Shown here in pieces: positions 36,750 to 49,459 of a stretch of 64,000 bases of DNA. Below the pieces are notes generated by a model. It saw only the letters and a list, made by a program, of their open reading frames with translations, did no database searches and was not told where the DNA came from. The DNA lies in NCBI GenBank assembly GCA_010909165.1, contig MU008201.1, positions 415,288 to 479,287 of the forward strand, written 5' to 3'. The DNA is from Anthoceros angustus. Taxonomy: Eukaryota; Plantae; Anthocerotophyta. Position numbers and translations under genes: made by a program. Numbering within the stretch: position 1 is the first letter of the stretch; each line of letters opens with the position of its first letter.

Positions 36750-38492
36750 ATCCGTGGAAACCGAGGTGTTGCTGGGTCCGCTTCTCCCAACGCTTCCGGA
36801 GGCTTCGAATCCACCCAGAGTCCCGATTAACCTCCTTCCTTAGCAGTTGCCTCCTTTGGTGTGTCCGGCCCTCCGATCCGCTTGTCTTCATTTTCTTCCT
36901 CTTAAACCGCCTTCCTTTCGCCTCCTTCCGGCCGGTTGACACTTCCAAGACCTCCAGATCCGCCTTCTCCTCCTCGCTGTACTAATTGCTCCAAGTCCTT
37001 CCGCCTCTTCCCACTCCGCCACCGTGCATCCTCAATTTGTAGCACCGGGCGCAGCCTTAGGGGGGGCGGCGGTCTCCGGGGAGTGCGCATCGCTCTTGAA
37101 CGAGGATTCACACAAGGTACCGCCATGTGCCCTACCGCCACAATCCCCACACAACTGCTCAAAATCTCCATTACCTTGTCTGGGATATGGGCGTGCGTTG
37201 GAGTAGTGCCCGGGTTCCCACAGCTCCAGCCACCGCCGCTCAAGGATTCCCGTGGTCCTCCCATTCGGTTGCATCGAGGGCGGTATGGATGGACCTCCGC
37301 TACGGATACATCGGCATCGCGCCCGGGGTGCTTCTTGCACTGGTAAGCATCCTCCCATTCCTCGACTCCTCCCCATAATCGTACTCACCGGTTCACGGTC
37401 CGGAGGGGCAGCCTTTGAGTGCCCATGCGGCATACCGCACACCAGATGGGTTCGAACGTGGCCGCCTTCCGCCTTTTGTCCTTCACTTGGTTGATCGTCA
37501 ACTCCTCCACCCTCTTCATCACCCGCTCCAAATCTTCCTCACCGCTACTTTTCAAGGAGTTGGGTCAGCGGAACCTCTCGCACGGTGTATCATAACCTCC
37601 TTCTTTTCCACCCTCCGCTCAGCACGGGCTTTTCTTCTTATTTCTTCGACGAGGTTCTTCTTCTTCCATGGCATCCTGATTCTTCTTCTCGAGTCCTCCT
37701 CCTCCTCCGATGCCACCTCGCCTCATCATCCTCCTCTTCCGAGGACTCTTCATCTGAGTCCCAACGCTTTCTTCTTCTTCTTCTTTCCTCCTAGAGGCGC
37801 CTCGCCGCTGGTGCATCGATTCTTCGTAATTCTCCGGACCGCCTTGCTCACATCTTTCTTCGCCAACGAAGACGTGTTTAGCCATTGGCTTAGGTAAGCC
37901 CGCCGCAACCAACGATCACCGCATGGTGGTGTGGGTGGGTGTCGATCTCGAAGTGCGTAGAACCGTTCGATGTACGATCCCAACTTCTCCGTCTTGCCTC
38001 GCCTTGTTCTCGAGTTTAAGATTTAGCCTTCTTGGTCAATTCCACGGAATCGCTCCAAGAAGGCATCCTTCAACGCTCAAGGTTGGGAGCATTCTGGGTG
38101 GCATTTCCTTCGGACACCGAGCCGTGCCCTGAAGGACCCCTTGAACAGGGATGAGGTGCATCCGATCCTCCCCATTGAAGTTCGCGACACGAAATCCTCC
38201 ACGAAGGTTTCTGGCTCTCCTTCTTACCTCCAAAGAGGGAGTACGCTTGTTTGGTCGACGCAGCCATGCCGCGCCGCAAAGTTTGAGGAACCGCCTCCTT
38301 TTCACCGGGCGTGGTGCTACTTCTTCCTCACGATCCGACAAGTCCACCGCTTACCCGTGGTGTCCTCGCCGAGTCGTCTTTCACGCTCGGAGCGCCTGGC
38401 GCCACAACGTCCGCCTTAGCAATTCGCCCCTTAACTACCTCTCACGCCCTCCACGCATCCACGCATACGAACGATTTCATTCAAGAAAAAAA

Positions 38493-39710
38493 TGCGCGAC
38501 TACCGATGGATACCGCACAATCCGGTCGTTGTGGTATGGAGTCCGCTCAAGAGAATGATAGCCGTCCGGCTTCACCGATTCTCACCTTTCTTCGTCCACT
38601 TCACCTTAACACACTCAATCTTCGCTTACACCCATTTATTTATAACGCTCACGAACAGGCCCGTGGCCAAACGCTTAAGGACCGGCGCCCGCTGCTCGTC
38701 ACTGCTTTCTTCAAATTGCCTCCTCTCATCGCCTTCTACACTTATCAACCTTGGAAAAGAACGCAAGTGGTCAGACCTCCCACGTTGTTCACGGCCTCTC
38801 CGTCCGGCTCAGACACCTCCGGCACCTCCACACGCCCGGCCCGCCGACGCTGGACCGCCGCTCGACGAACAAGGGTCCTCGGCCCTTCCCCGCACACACC
38901 ACCACACGCTAAGTCCGTCACTGTGACCTTGACGCCTCCCGAGTCGCCGCCATGACTGTGACTCAGTAGCAAGAAGACGCCCAAGGGTCCGCAAGAACGC
39001 CAGATCAACACCAAGAGAAAGATACTTTACTAGAGCGGCCTCACCTCTTATACTACGCCCAAGGTCGGCGCTTTATTACACTATTCGTCGATGGCCACCA
39101 AGATGCCCTAATCGCCGCCCATATCCTATTTCCTCCCCTATCTCCTTCTACGGTGGCTGGAAGATTCGTCTCCGGATGGGTGGTCCAATCTCCGTCCCGA
39201 TAGCCAGGCGCCCCAATCGGATGATCCGTGAGGCGGGCCCCTCCTCTCCCTAATCCCGCTGTCATACCGGCGGCGTTCCGACAACCCATGACGCCATCCT
39301 CCCTCGGCCTCCCTCGTCCTCACGGGCCACCGGCCCTTCCCCTAGCGTAAGTCGGGGCCTCCATCGCTGCAGCCGACTCGAGGTCCGCCTCGACCCCGAA
39401 CTCGTGAGTCCGCTTATTTCCAGTCCGCCCTGGCTAGGTCCGGACCTTATCTCGGGGTCCGGACTTAACTCACAGACTGTATCCGGAGCTTCTCGACTTG
39501 CTCCCGAGTGTAGTCCCGAGTTTCCATAGTGGTATCGGGTCCGCGGCTTACTCCGGAGGTCCGTTGTTTAGTCCGAGTGTCCGATCAGTCCGCTGCCCAA
39601 GCGCCGCCATCCGTGCTTATTCCTCCTTTTCCGCCTTATTTTACTATTCCAACCTACAAAAACAAAACCCCACTTATTTCCTAACCCCCAAGGGAAGTCC
39701 GTAGCCCACA
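38493..39710 (-). repeat. 5' LTR (short form) of copy B
   Basis: TG...CA termini; matches 31896-33131. Confidence 0.88.
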
Positions 39711-39829
39711 GGAGCCCCTCCCTGAGTGGTTGCCACTAGTGGATGTGCATGACCAAGATGCGCCACGGCATGTGCGGTGCGTTGATGTGTGTCCCTCATG
39801 ACCCTGGGAGGACGGGCGCTCACACTACC

Positions 39830-40060
39830 ACTGATGGTAGTCCATAGTTGCAACCTGTGCAACGTTGGGGTACACAAAACACCCAACCAATGTAGGGACA
39901 AGTGGAAGAATTTGCTCACGGACTTCAACAAAATTTCTGACTAGGACAACCTTGGGAGTCACCCTGGAAAATCTAGCTACTGGGATATGGACAAGTTTGA
40001 GCAAGATGCTCATCCACTACCAAAATCTTTTCAGAGAATGAGTTATACGGAGGCAACAAG
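39830..40060 (+). pseudogene. Trihelix (Myb/SANT-like, ASR3/SH4-type) domain pseudogene fragment
   Basis: GVHKTPNQCRDKWKNLLTDFNKISD*DN..SSYWDMDKFEQDAHPLPKSF, with an in-frame TAG at 39942 where a W is expected. Confidence 0.7.
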
Positions 40061-41497
40061 TCTAAAAAACACAAGCCCCATGTTGGAAAGAAACGATGTG
40101 TTCAAATTCAGTTGCTATTGCAGAACTTTTGCCGATTCTAGAAAGGAACAGTGTCGCATTTGTAGAAGTCTCAAAGGCAACCGAAACACAGAGACAAGCC
40201 TGTCATGTGGAACAAATGAAACTCGAGTGACAGAAATTTACCAGTCGCTCTACAATAGAAAAAAGGAATTGGAACTGAATAAGGAGATTGGTTAGGGTGT
40301 TGATACAGCGATGTCTGAAATTTTAGCAGGCATCCTGAACGTTAAACAATGTCTTATCAAAACAGGATTAGTCTCTAATTTCTTTTCCATGGATTGCCAT
40401 TTAAAAACACATGTCCGATTGGCGAGGCAACTCGTAATTTTCCAAACCAAACCCTTGTCTTCGAGGACCTCTCGAAAAACCCAATAGAAATTAGAACCTC
40501 TAATTCATTCCGAAACATGCCTGTCTTACAAACCATGCGACTACATAACTCTACAAAGAACTAGGGAAGATACCAAAGACAAAAGCCTTTGGAAGTGTAG
40601 AAAGATCGATGCGCGCATTGGCAGCACTAGGCCAGCCCTTCTTGTACTGTATTGACTTAAAAAACCTACGCATTATATTAAAAATTGTACTTTCTCCCAC
40701 ACCAAAATCCTCTCCTATCGATATGTAGGAATGGTGTCACCTGTAGCAATGCCAAACCAACATGTTTGTTCATGTAAAATGATTTCGGGTTCAGAAAGTT
40801 TATGGAAGAACTCAGCAAGCTGCCTAAAATCCTGATATACCAAAGAACAAATGCAGTTGAAAGTGCCCCAAGAGAACTTGAAGAATATGGAGAAGCGACG
40901 CTCATCCAACAAGGCAACTGTCTATATAAAGCCTAATATTGCATCTTGTATCCTCAGTTTGATGTAAAATGAGCCGTATTGAATTCAATTGAGGAATCCA
41001 CGTGGAAGTTCAACCTCTGTAATAATGATAATAGCACAGCCAATAATTCATCCAAAGCCATTTTGAAATTTTTGAGCACATGATCGAGATCCCATTCACT
41101 TTCATAGCATATGTAATGATCACCCACAACTCCCAAGAGGTTAGTTTGCACATCATTGACAACATAAAGTATCAAATTTACTACAGAAATCACAACCAAG
41201 ATTTTAATGAGTATACTAGAATTCACAAATGAAGCCATGTATGTCTACAAAATGGAAGCAAAGGTACACAAAGCTCAGGAAGAACAAACTTTGGGCATGG
41301 CACGAAGACAAGCTAGTAGATAGAATGAAGATGAAGTCTAAGGCCACGGCATGAAGACAAGCCAGCAAATAGAATGAAGATGAAGTATGAGCGCACGGCA
41401 CGAAGATGAAGTTTGAGGGCACGACACGAAGACAAGCCAGGAGATAGAACGAAAACAGAAGTATGAGAGCACGACAACCTGTGGTCGCCCACGTGGN

Positions 41498-41800
41498 GGG
41501 GTTGAACAACCTCACTAAGAAGAATACATTTCCTCTCCCTCGCATTGATGAATTGTTGGAGGGATCGGCGGGGGCCCTACTTCTCAAAGTTGGACTTAGG
41601 TAGTGGCTACCATCGGATCGGGATTGCTCTGGAGATGAGGAGAAGGCGGCCTTTAATACGGTATGGCCACTATGAGTGGCTTGTTATGTCGTTTGGCATG
41701 ACAAACGCCCCCATCATTCAAACGCTCATGAGCGATGTTTTCATGGCCTAATCAACAAAGGTATTTTTGGTCTACCTTGATGACATCTTGGTTTATGGTA
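41498..41800 (+). pseudogene. Chromovirus-type Gypsy RT fragment beginning at an N
   Basis: GLNNLTKKNTFPLPRIDELL, YFSKLDLGSGYHRI, YGHYEWLVMSFGMTNAP, VYLDDILVY. Confidence 0.85.
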
Positions 41801-42832
41801 GGGATAGGGGCGGGCAGGAACCTACGCGAGGCCACATCACGGCTCGGGAAGCATCAATTGCTATGTCCAAGCCCAATATGAAGTCTCAAATTCTCGAAAA
41901 GAAAACACTCTTTGGCATTTTGCCTCAAGTTACACGAAAAGAAATTTAATGTGTAGAATTTACAAGAAAAGAGGTTTACTACTCTAGGATGAAATGACAT
42001 ACGAATAGAAGTTTAATAATTGTAATTTACAAGAAAAAAGTTCTCCATGGGTCCTTCCAGGAAAAGAAATTTTTGGAATTTACAAGAAAAAAAGTTCTCC
42101 AGTGGGTCCTTCCAAAGAAAGAAAGTTTTCAAATTTACAAGAAAATAAGTTCTCCATTGGGTCCTTCCAAGAAAAGAAATTTCCTTCAATTTGTACTTGA
42201 CCTCTCATTGGAACTTTTTATTTAGTAGTTCTCGTTCACCATTCACCAAAGAAAGAAAAAAAGTGCACGACTAGGGCCTTACAAGAAAAGAAAGTTCACT
42301 AGCCATTTGAGCTTTATAAGAGGCTGGTTCAGTTCCCTTGTTAGCGATGTTGTAACTCATAAAGACAACTTGAGCAGACTTAAATGTTGAGTTGCCCAAC
42401 CAAGCCATCATACTTAGAAGCACCAATACGAGTAGCATTGAACAAATTTGAAGATACCAAAAACAAACTACCTAATATCTACATATACTACCTACTGTAC
42501 AAGAGAACAAGACTTAGCCTTTTTACATCTAAGGCTATATCAAGGGTCATGCATCGGTGTAGTGCCAAATATCTATATGTAGTACCTACTACAAGAAAAC
42601 AAAACTTGGCCTTTCGTATTTAGGGGTATATTAAGGGTTATATGAAAAGGAGTGAGCATCGCTTGGATCTTACAAGTGGGCGGTTGAGTTTCGGTCATCC
42701 TCGCAATCTTCCACCTCGGAAACACCTAGACAATTGAGTCGCTTATGATATTGAAAGGAACCAAGACATTTGAACATATTTGAGAGAAATAAAAAAAAAG
42801 AATATATACAAATTTTGAATACAATATAAAGG

Positions 42833-43174
42833 ATGGACATGCTACCTAGTGTTGTGAGATGTTGCGGCGGAAATATCACGAGAGACAAGTACGATGGCAA
42901 TGAGACAATATGTTGTAGCATTTGTCTTGAAGATATTGAAAAAAAAGACGAGGTCATCAAGGTCAATGCATGTGGTCATCTTTTCCACTATGAACGATGT
43001 TTTATGCCATGGATAAGAATCAATTCTACATGTCCGAATTGTAGGGGTAGATTATTTGATCTTTTTCCTGAACAAACAATACAACCTCACCAAGTATCAA
43101 TAAATGAGGAAGGATCTTTGCCCGAACGTCCCTTCCTCGTGACGCCTCATCATATGAGCAATTCTATAATTTAA
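42833..43174 (+). CDS. Short RING-H2 zinc finger protein (ATL-like E3 ligase domain)
   Basis: CSIC-LEDIEKKDEVIKVNA-CGH-LFH-YERC-FMPWIRINST-CPNC; may be a partial gene. Confidence 0.7.
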   Translation: MDMLPSVVRCCGGNITRDKYDGNETICCSICLEDIEKKDEVIKVNACGHLFHYERCFMPWIRINSTCPNCRGRLFDLFPEQTIQPHQVSINEEGSLPERPFLVTPHHMSNSII

Positions 43175-43240
43175 TGGCTAGAGAACCTCTTGCTTCCCTC
43201 TCCCTCCGAAAGCATCAACGAGGAGAGTGAAGTTGAGGTT

Positions 43241-43393
43241 GTGGGAGTTAATCTTCTTAACCAGGCAAGAGGTTGGACGGGTAGAGAAGGTATGGGAGTC
43301 AATCTTTCAAATCAGGCAAGAGGTCGGAGGGATAGACAAGGTATGGGATTTAATCTTCCAAACCAAGCAAGAGGTCGGAGGGGTAGACAAGGT
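43241..43393 (+). repeat. 51-bp tandem repeat x3 (MGVNLSNQARGRRDRQG-like when translated)
   Basis: Three in-frame units; four degenerate units at ~50830-51030. Confidence 0.8.
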
Positions 43394-45099
43394 CTTCTTA
43401 GGAGTAATGATGGCTCTTGGTCACTACTTTGAAGGGTGAAAAAAACAGCATTGGTTATACGAAAACCGTCTAAATGCATGTTTTCATGGTTTCATGGCCA
43501 AAATTGCACATGTCAACGCATCACATGAAAGTTTGCATCACAGAAAAGTCTAAATCACAATGGGTATTCATTAGAAATACAAGCCCTTTCATATATGTGA
43601 GCATTCTTGTATGAACAAGTAAGATGGCTTTCACAATACACAAAGGAAAACAGCGTTAAGCTTCATGGGTCGTGGTCACAGGTACAAAGAAAACATTCTT
43701 AATAAATAATTAGAAAAGAACAAAGATCATTAACGAAATGTAAAAACCATCTGCAATGGTGGCAAGCGCTATCATGCCACCGGAAAACCCGTACACAAGA
43801 TAACCCCCATGCAGGGGTTCGAGGGTAGGTAGATTTTGATGTAGCAATGCCGCCCTGCCACCTGTTCCAGTCAAGGCATGAGGACTAGCATCGGCCGGTT
43901 TGAAGACTTGGTGCAGGTTCCCAGTTGGTGCAGGTTCCCTCACGGTGCGAGATACCACAATAGTTATGGCTCACTGTGCATTGTGAAAGGCAAACCGGGT
44001 GCAAGTTGGTAGTGTAACATGGTGGTAGCACTAGGCTCATTGTAATTATTACTTATAATAAATTATGATAATATAATTTTTATAATCTATGATTAGTTTT
44101 ATGGAGGGTTTTGTGTGTTTGGAAAATGGTTTGGGTATGGTAGGGGGATTAGATGAGTCCAATTTATTAGAAAGATGTACATCCTGCTGTGTTTTTTTGA
44201 CATAAAGGTTGCTCAACCTTTTCACCCTGTCATGGAGGGTCGAAGGGCCTTTATAGCCGGCCTGCGCCTACCCTGCTGAGGTGACGGGTTTGCACACTTC
44301 ACAAGATGAATAATTACTGTTTGCCAATTTGCTCGGAGCGCAAGTTGAACACTTTGTTACACAATCTGCACTTACAATTTGTGCCTGTTGCTATTCAATG
44401 TGTGAAGAATAGTGTTGGAAAGTGTGAAGAGCAAAGTTAATTGAACTATTTACAGACCTAATAAATCCAAGGCCTCTAAAGCCACGTATGCTTGAGCCCT
44501 TTGGTGCTTAGGTTAGAGTTTGGAAAATTTTCCCCATCCCGCTAACGAAATCAAGTCACTCGGCCATGAAAGCCATTTGCATTTCCTTTCTCATCTTGAC
44601 GATCGGTAGATTTTGATGTAGCAATGCCACTGTGAAGAGCTGTACCGACAACCGAGTGTATTTTAAATGAGAAAACTCAAAGAGGTAATAAGCTTATCAT
44701 GTATGACATATATGGTAAGTCATCTGCTTGTTTGTCGTCGTCTATATATCGTCTTGTCGTCTTCTATATATCTTTACGTATCATTTAGATGATAGAACTG
44801 TATTAAATAGATATTTAAATAGTAAAGCTTTTTATATAATTTTATTATTAATATAATAATAAAATAGTATTTATTTTGATTGTTTATCAATGAAGTCTAT
44901 TTTAGTTTTTATTTATTTATTTTTTGTTAATAGTGTATTATGGTGTTGAATGTAGTTTGATGTTTACTTGTTCGGTGGACGCCTCACTTCCAACATATAT
45001 CGAGCATTCCTATACACTAGTTGGTAAATTGACAGGGTAGGTATTCCAGCAAGGTAGTCGAGACCACGCAGCTGCCACCAGTGCCCAAGACTCTACCCG

Positions 45100-48000
45100 A
45101 CGCACAAAATTTGTTTGGGAGAACCCTCCAATTCCGTGCCGAGGGCGGTGCTACGCTGAAGCATTCCGGATTTGTCCTTTTGGGTATCGCGTCCCTGGTG
45201 GCTTGGCGGCCCCATGCTTGCAGGAGTGAAGCATGGAGAAGTTTCTTTGCACGTCTTCCTTCAACCTGTCCACCACGCCGATCACCTTGCGAAGGTGATC
45301 GACGTAGCGCGTCGGCAGCGGATGAATGCTCTGGAATGCCCTCAGGAATCTTCGGTGCGCACTAACCGTCTTGTCCTGCCCGGGGTCTTTGTTTCTCAGG
45401 ATGTAGTCATCCACATAATCCTGGTCCTAATCGAAGGTGAAGCCGATTATCCAGTTGGTGAGAATACGAGGTTGCGTGTCCCGGAAGAGGAGGCCAGATC
45501 CCATCCGTTCTTGTTTGTACGGGCTCGCTCGTCTACGTCTGAGAGTGTCAGAGGGGATGACAACCACATGCACCATGATACCATGCATCTAATCGATCCA
45601 GATACGGCTCCACCTGGTTGCTCGCTGGCAGCGAGTTGCTGTTATGAGCGACGAAAGGCAGCTGCTGGAACTCATCGGGTGCCGCGTACGCATCTGGGGC
45701 CAGCCGAACCGGTACATAACCCTAGTCTTCCTCTCAAGAGTGTCTCCTCTCGAAGCAGAAAGCTTGGAGCTTCATTTCCTCAGGGTGGTCGTGTTATTTT
45801 GCAGACTGGTTACACCTTGATGCATTATAGAGGCAAAAGCTGGAACCGGTCTGGTTCCACCTTCCTCAAGAACGCCACTCAAGAATGTGTTGCTCAACCC
45901 AATCGAGTAGAAAGACCTTTGAAGACGTGATAGCAAGCAGCTCCATAGCGGACTACCAGTCAAAGCACTGGTGCTACAGAGCGCCTACTAACTCTGCGAA
46001 CATAATTAGCATCATGCCACAGCAAAGTTGATCATAAACGCACGGTGAGACACGTGTTTCGTGAATGACCTCCGACTCTACGCATGTCAGCAATAAGAGT
46101 TAGATGATTTTGATGCTACACTCCACTTCACCAAGTGCAATGTGCTAGGGATTAACATGGACCCATGCAGATCGTAAATAACTGAGATGGACTGCACGAA
46201 CGTTTTGCTCGCCAAATCCAGCGGTCAGCTTCCCACAGCTATTTTGATCATAGTCAGTGAACATCTTCTGGCCCGCAATGAAGATCACATAAGATCTCAG
46301 TATCCAACATAGCACATACTTGTGCAAGCTGACATAGAAAACATTGCTGAACACAGAACCACAACTTTGTCAATGTGACCCCATAACTAGCCTGAATAGG
46401 TGGCTTTATCCTGGTTCAAGCCTCAAACTGGGGCCGATGTTCCATTTATGGCATCAAAGAATTTGAAGGCTTGCTCCAGGCAGATAGATCAAGCCTCCTC
46501 GGATGCCCAGTCTTGGAAAGCACTTATTTCCAGACGGGTCATTCCTACTACCCTCTCTTCATCTATCGCACCCGTCAATGCACACTAACATACCTTTGGA
46601 TCTCTGATTTGTGGTAGACAGTTCCTTGATCACAGGACCCCTGACAGAATCATGCTTCCAACTGTGAACCCATATCTCGCCTAAGAAGGTGGTCAGATCC
46701 TACTTCAGGCTTCAATCTGGGGCCACTGTTCCCTTTATGGCATCAGTAAGTTCAAGGCTTGCTCCAAGCAGATAGATCAAGCCCCTCCACATGCCCAATC
46801 CTGAAAGCACTTATTTCTAGCAAGTTGATTCCCACTACACTCTAATCAAACACACAATACATCGTCATGAACATGATTGAAATGTGGTCACAGCACCATG
46901 GCAGCACCGTGCTTCTCACATTTGTCCTGAAACATGTAACAGCCAGGAAGTTCCAGAAACAAAGAAGAGACCTGAAGCTGATTCAGAGCCTGAACTACCA
47001 ACCAAGGACATTTTAGACGCAAAATTTCAGCTCCAATCTGCTCATCATTCGTCATGACCCCTGGTGGCAACCATGCCAGATCCAACAAGCACTAATCTTG
47101 GAAAAACAGGATATTGTTTAATTGAAGTAAGTAGTCAGCTTCACCAACTTCAAGGCTAACCTTTCCAATGAGTTAAGAGTCCCCATGACAGTCCAGGATT
47201 ATCCTCCCGTGCAATTCAAGTGAGTTTGGTAGTCAAGAGTTGTTGTCAAAGATGTGCAGAAAACAGAACCTCCAGAACTTTTGAGTGCCCGTCAGAGACC
47301 ACATTCGGACAAATCAACCGGCCCAGCAGGAGTAACTGTCGTATCAGAAGAAAGTAGGAGACAAGGTATGACATCATGCCAAACCCCTGATAGAGCGATG
47401 GAACCTTCCGGCTAAATGATATAGTCAGCAGATGGTTCATTGCAGAGGTCCAGATGGTCAACATAGGAAAGAGTGAAAAGTTAGCATCACAAAACATATG
47501 GTCTGGGACTGACATCCATCATTCATTGATGCAGAGCGCACAAATTAGTCATGACACGTGGTTGATCATTGGTGAGAACAAGGAGACGACTAACAAACTG
47601 AGAATTACGAGAAATCTTATTCCCTCGTGCACTAAGATATCATCCAAGTAGCTCGGCGACGACAGCACTGCTGGTTCTGAATAATGTTGGGGTCAAAATA
47701 TGTCTCAGGGCGCTCTAATGGCCATGGAAGAGCCTGCGCAGACCAGTAAAAGGCGCTCTACCTTGTCAGAAGAGGAGATTCGGAGGCACCGACTCTGGAC
47801 GTCCCTGAACGGTGAGGACGACATAACATCACACCCACCAATGCACCATCAAACAGCACATGGAGGAAAGACTTCAGGATCCGGCAGCTCTCACTTTCCA
47901 AATGACTCAAACAGTCAGTCACCAATAACCACTTACTCGGTCTCCTTGCAGTCCAAAGCGCTGGTGTCACTGCCGTTGACAAAACGGAACATGAGCACAA

Positions 48001-48470
48001 TGTGTCATCAAGCCACCGAATAAAATGGTTTGCAACTTACGTGGCTTACGGTACGATCCGGAGAGTATCTCTAGGGTCATTGTAGTCGGGCATCTCCTTG
48101 GATAGCCAGAATGTCGAGCAAGGTGATGCTCAAACCCTAGCTATCCACACCCACAAGAGAAAGCTGATAACCTTCGTGGCAGAGCTGCGCGCCGTGGCAT
48201 CGGCTTTCCAACCCACTGTCGGGACTTGCACATGGGCTGATGAACTCCTTCGAATCCGCTAAAACTAGGGCTCGCCAACGTGGATGACCTAGACCTGGGC
48301 TGAATCAGGATTCCGGGGCTTTGTTATGTTTGAGGCTGAAGCTAAAAACAAGCTGGCAAGAAGGACAACGTCGACTACCAGAAGAGGGTAGCCGGTGATG
48401 TATGCGGCCAAGAGAAGCGTATGTGGAGGGGAGAGAGTGGGAGGAGAGAGGCAGGGGCCTGGCTCACCAT
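45100..48470 (-). other. Probable spliced gene or pseudogene of unknown function
   Basis: Protein-like segments on the - strand (..YVPVRLAPDAYAAPDEFQQLPF.., ..GLLFRDTQPRILTNWIIGFTFD*DQDYVDDYILRNKDP..) separated by short intron-like stretches. AT-rich flanks; no recognisable domain. Confidence 0.35.
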
Positions 48471-49459
48471 GGCATGGTGCTGGCGGGGCTCGGGCTCGAT
48501 ATATATATATTTTTTTAGTGTGTTGGTTTTGCGCAGATTTTTTCGTTTTCGTGTATGTCTAAGCTCTCTGAACTCTCTCTCAGCTTCTTAATAATGGGCA
48601 GGCGTTGTTGGATCTTTATATATATATTTTTCTTTTTATAATTTTTACCTTCTTTTTCTCTCATCTTAAACCGTTACCATCTTTGTAGTTCAAACGTATG
48701 TGTACTCGATCTTTCACCTCTTTACATTGTACTATCCCTACCCAGGATGGTCCTTCGATCCTTAGTGGACATAGATAAAGTTGTTGTTTTATCTTATCAG
48801 CTAATCTTTAGCTTAGTCGCTGACCTAGGGAGTAAGAGGACCGACCTGGTATATTAGGTCTAGGAGCCTATTGACTGGATCGAGTCTAGTCGAGTGAATT
48901 CAAGTTATTCGGAGTCGGTATTGTTTCAGCGTTTCACTAGGATTCAAGATGCCACCTCCCGAGCTAACGATGTATACTGATGGCCTCTAGAGCATCTAAA
49001 CTTTTCATCAAAAAAACACGCGCTTCAAGACTCCTTCGATGCACAAGATGCTGTAAGATTCCTTCAAACCATGGTGCTTTTATCTCTAGTTGTAAGGCTC
49101 CCAAACTCCCTTAGTGAATTCTTCAACACAAGATATTATCAATAAAAATTTAAACTTAAACTTAACTAAGTCTACTCTAATCATTATCAAGCTTGCCACC
49201 AATTCCAATCAGTCAGGGCATGGAGACTATCATCGGCCGGTTTGAATGGTTGGTGCAAGTTCTCTCACAATGCGAGAGACTATCATCACCGGCTTGGTTA
49301 AGTTTCATCACAGAGCAATATGGCTCATTGTTTTATCAAGAGCAAACCGGTGCGTTGGTAGTGTAATGCAACAGCACTGTGCTCGTTGTAATTATTAGCA
49401 CTTACCGGGTTGCATCAAGGGACTTCGATGTACGATTTGAAATAAATATGTAAAGCCTC

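Larger units (their letters stand above)
31896..39710 (-). mobile_element. Full-length Ty3/Gypsy element, copy B, same family but with short (~1.2 kb) LTRs
   Basis: LTRs at 38493-39710 and ~31896-33131. Gag knuckles ~37100-37230, PR DTG, RT, RH, INT; PPT 33134-33150. Flanks GGAGT/GGAGC resemble a TSD. Confidence 0.92.
41880..44230 (+). repeat. ~2.4 kb duplicated unit, copy 1 (contains ~50-bp and 51-bp internal tandem repeats and a RING-H2 ORF)
   Basis: Collinear and highly similar to 49460-51990. Confidence 0.9.

Noticed and set aside
40954-41238. ORF vaguely like a clathrin-adaptor/zeta-COP small chain
   Set aside because: Similarity is too weak to support by eye.
41497-41800. Biological fusion of an RT fragment to upstream sequence
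   Set aside because: The junction is an N (scaffold join), so adjacency is unreliable.
45172-45930. 252-aa plus-strand ORF as a gene
   Set aside because: No motifs; it looks like the shadow of minus-strand coding sequence.
48728-49188. Possible solo LTR (TGT...ATCA)
   Set aside because: No matching TSD and no second copy in the window.
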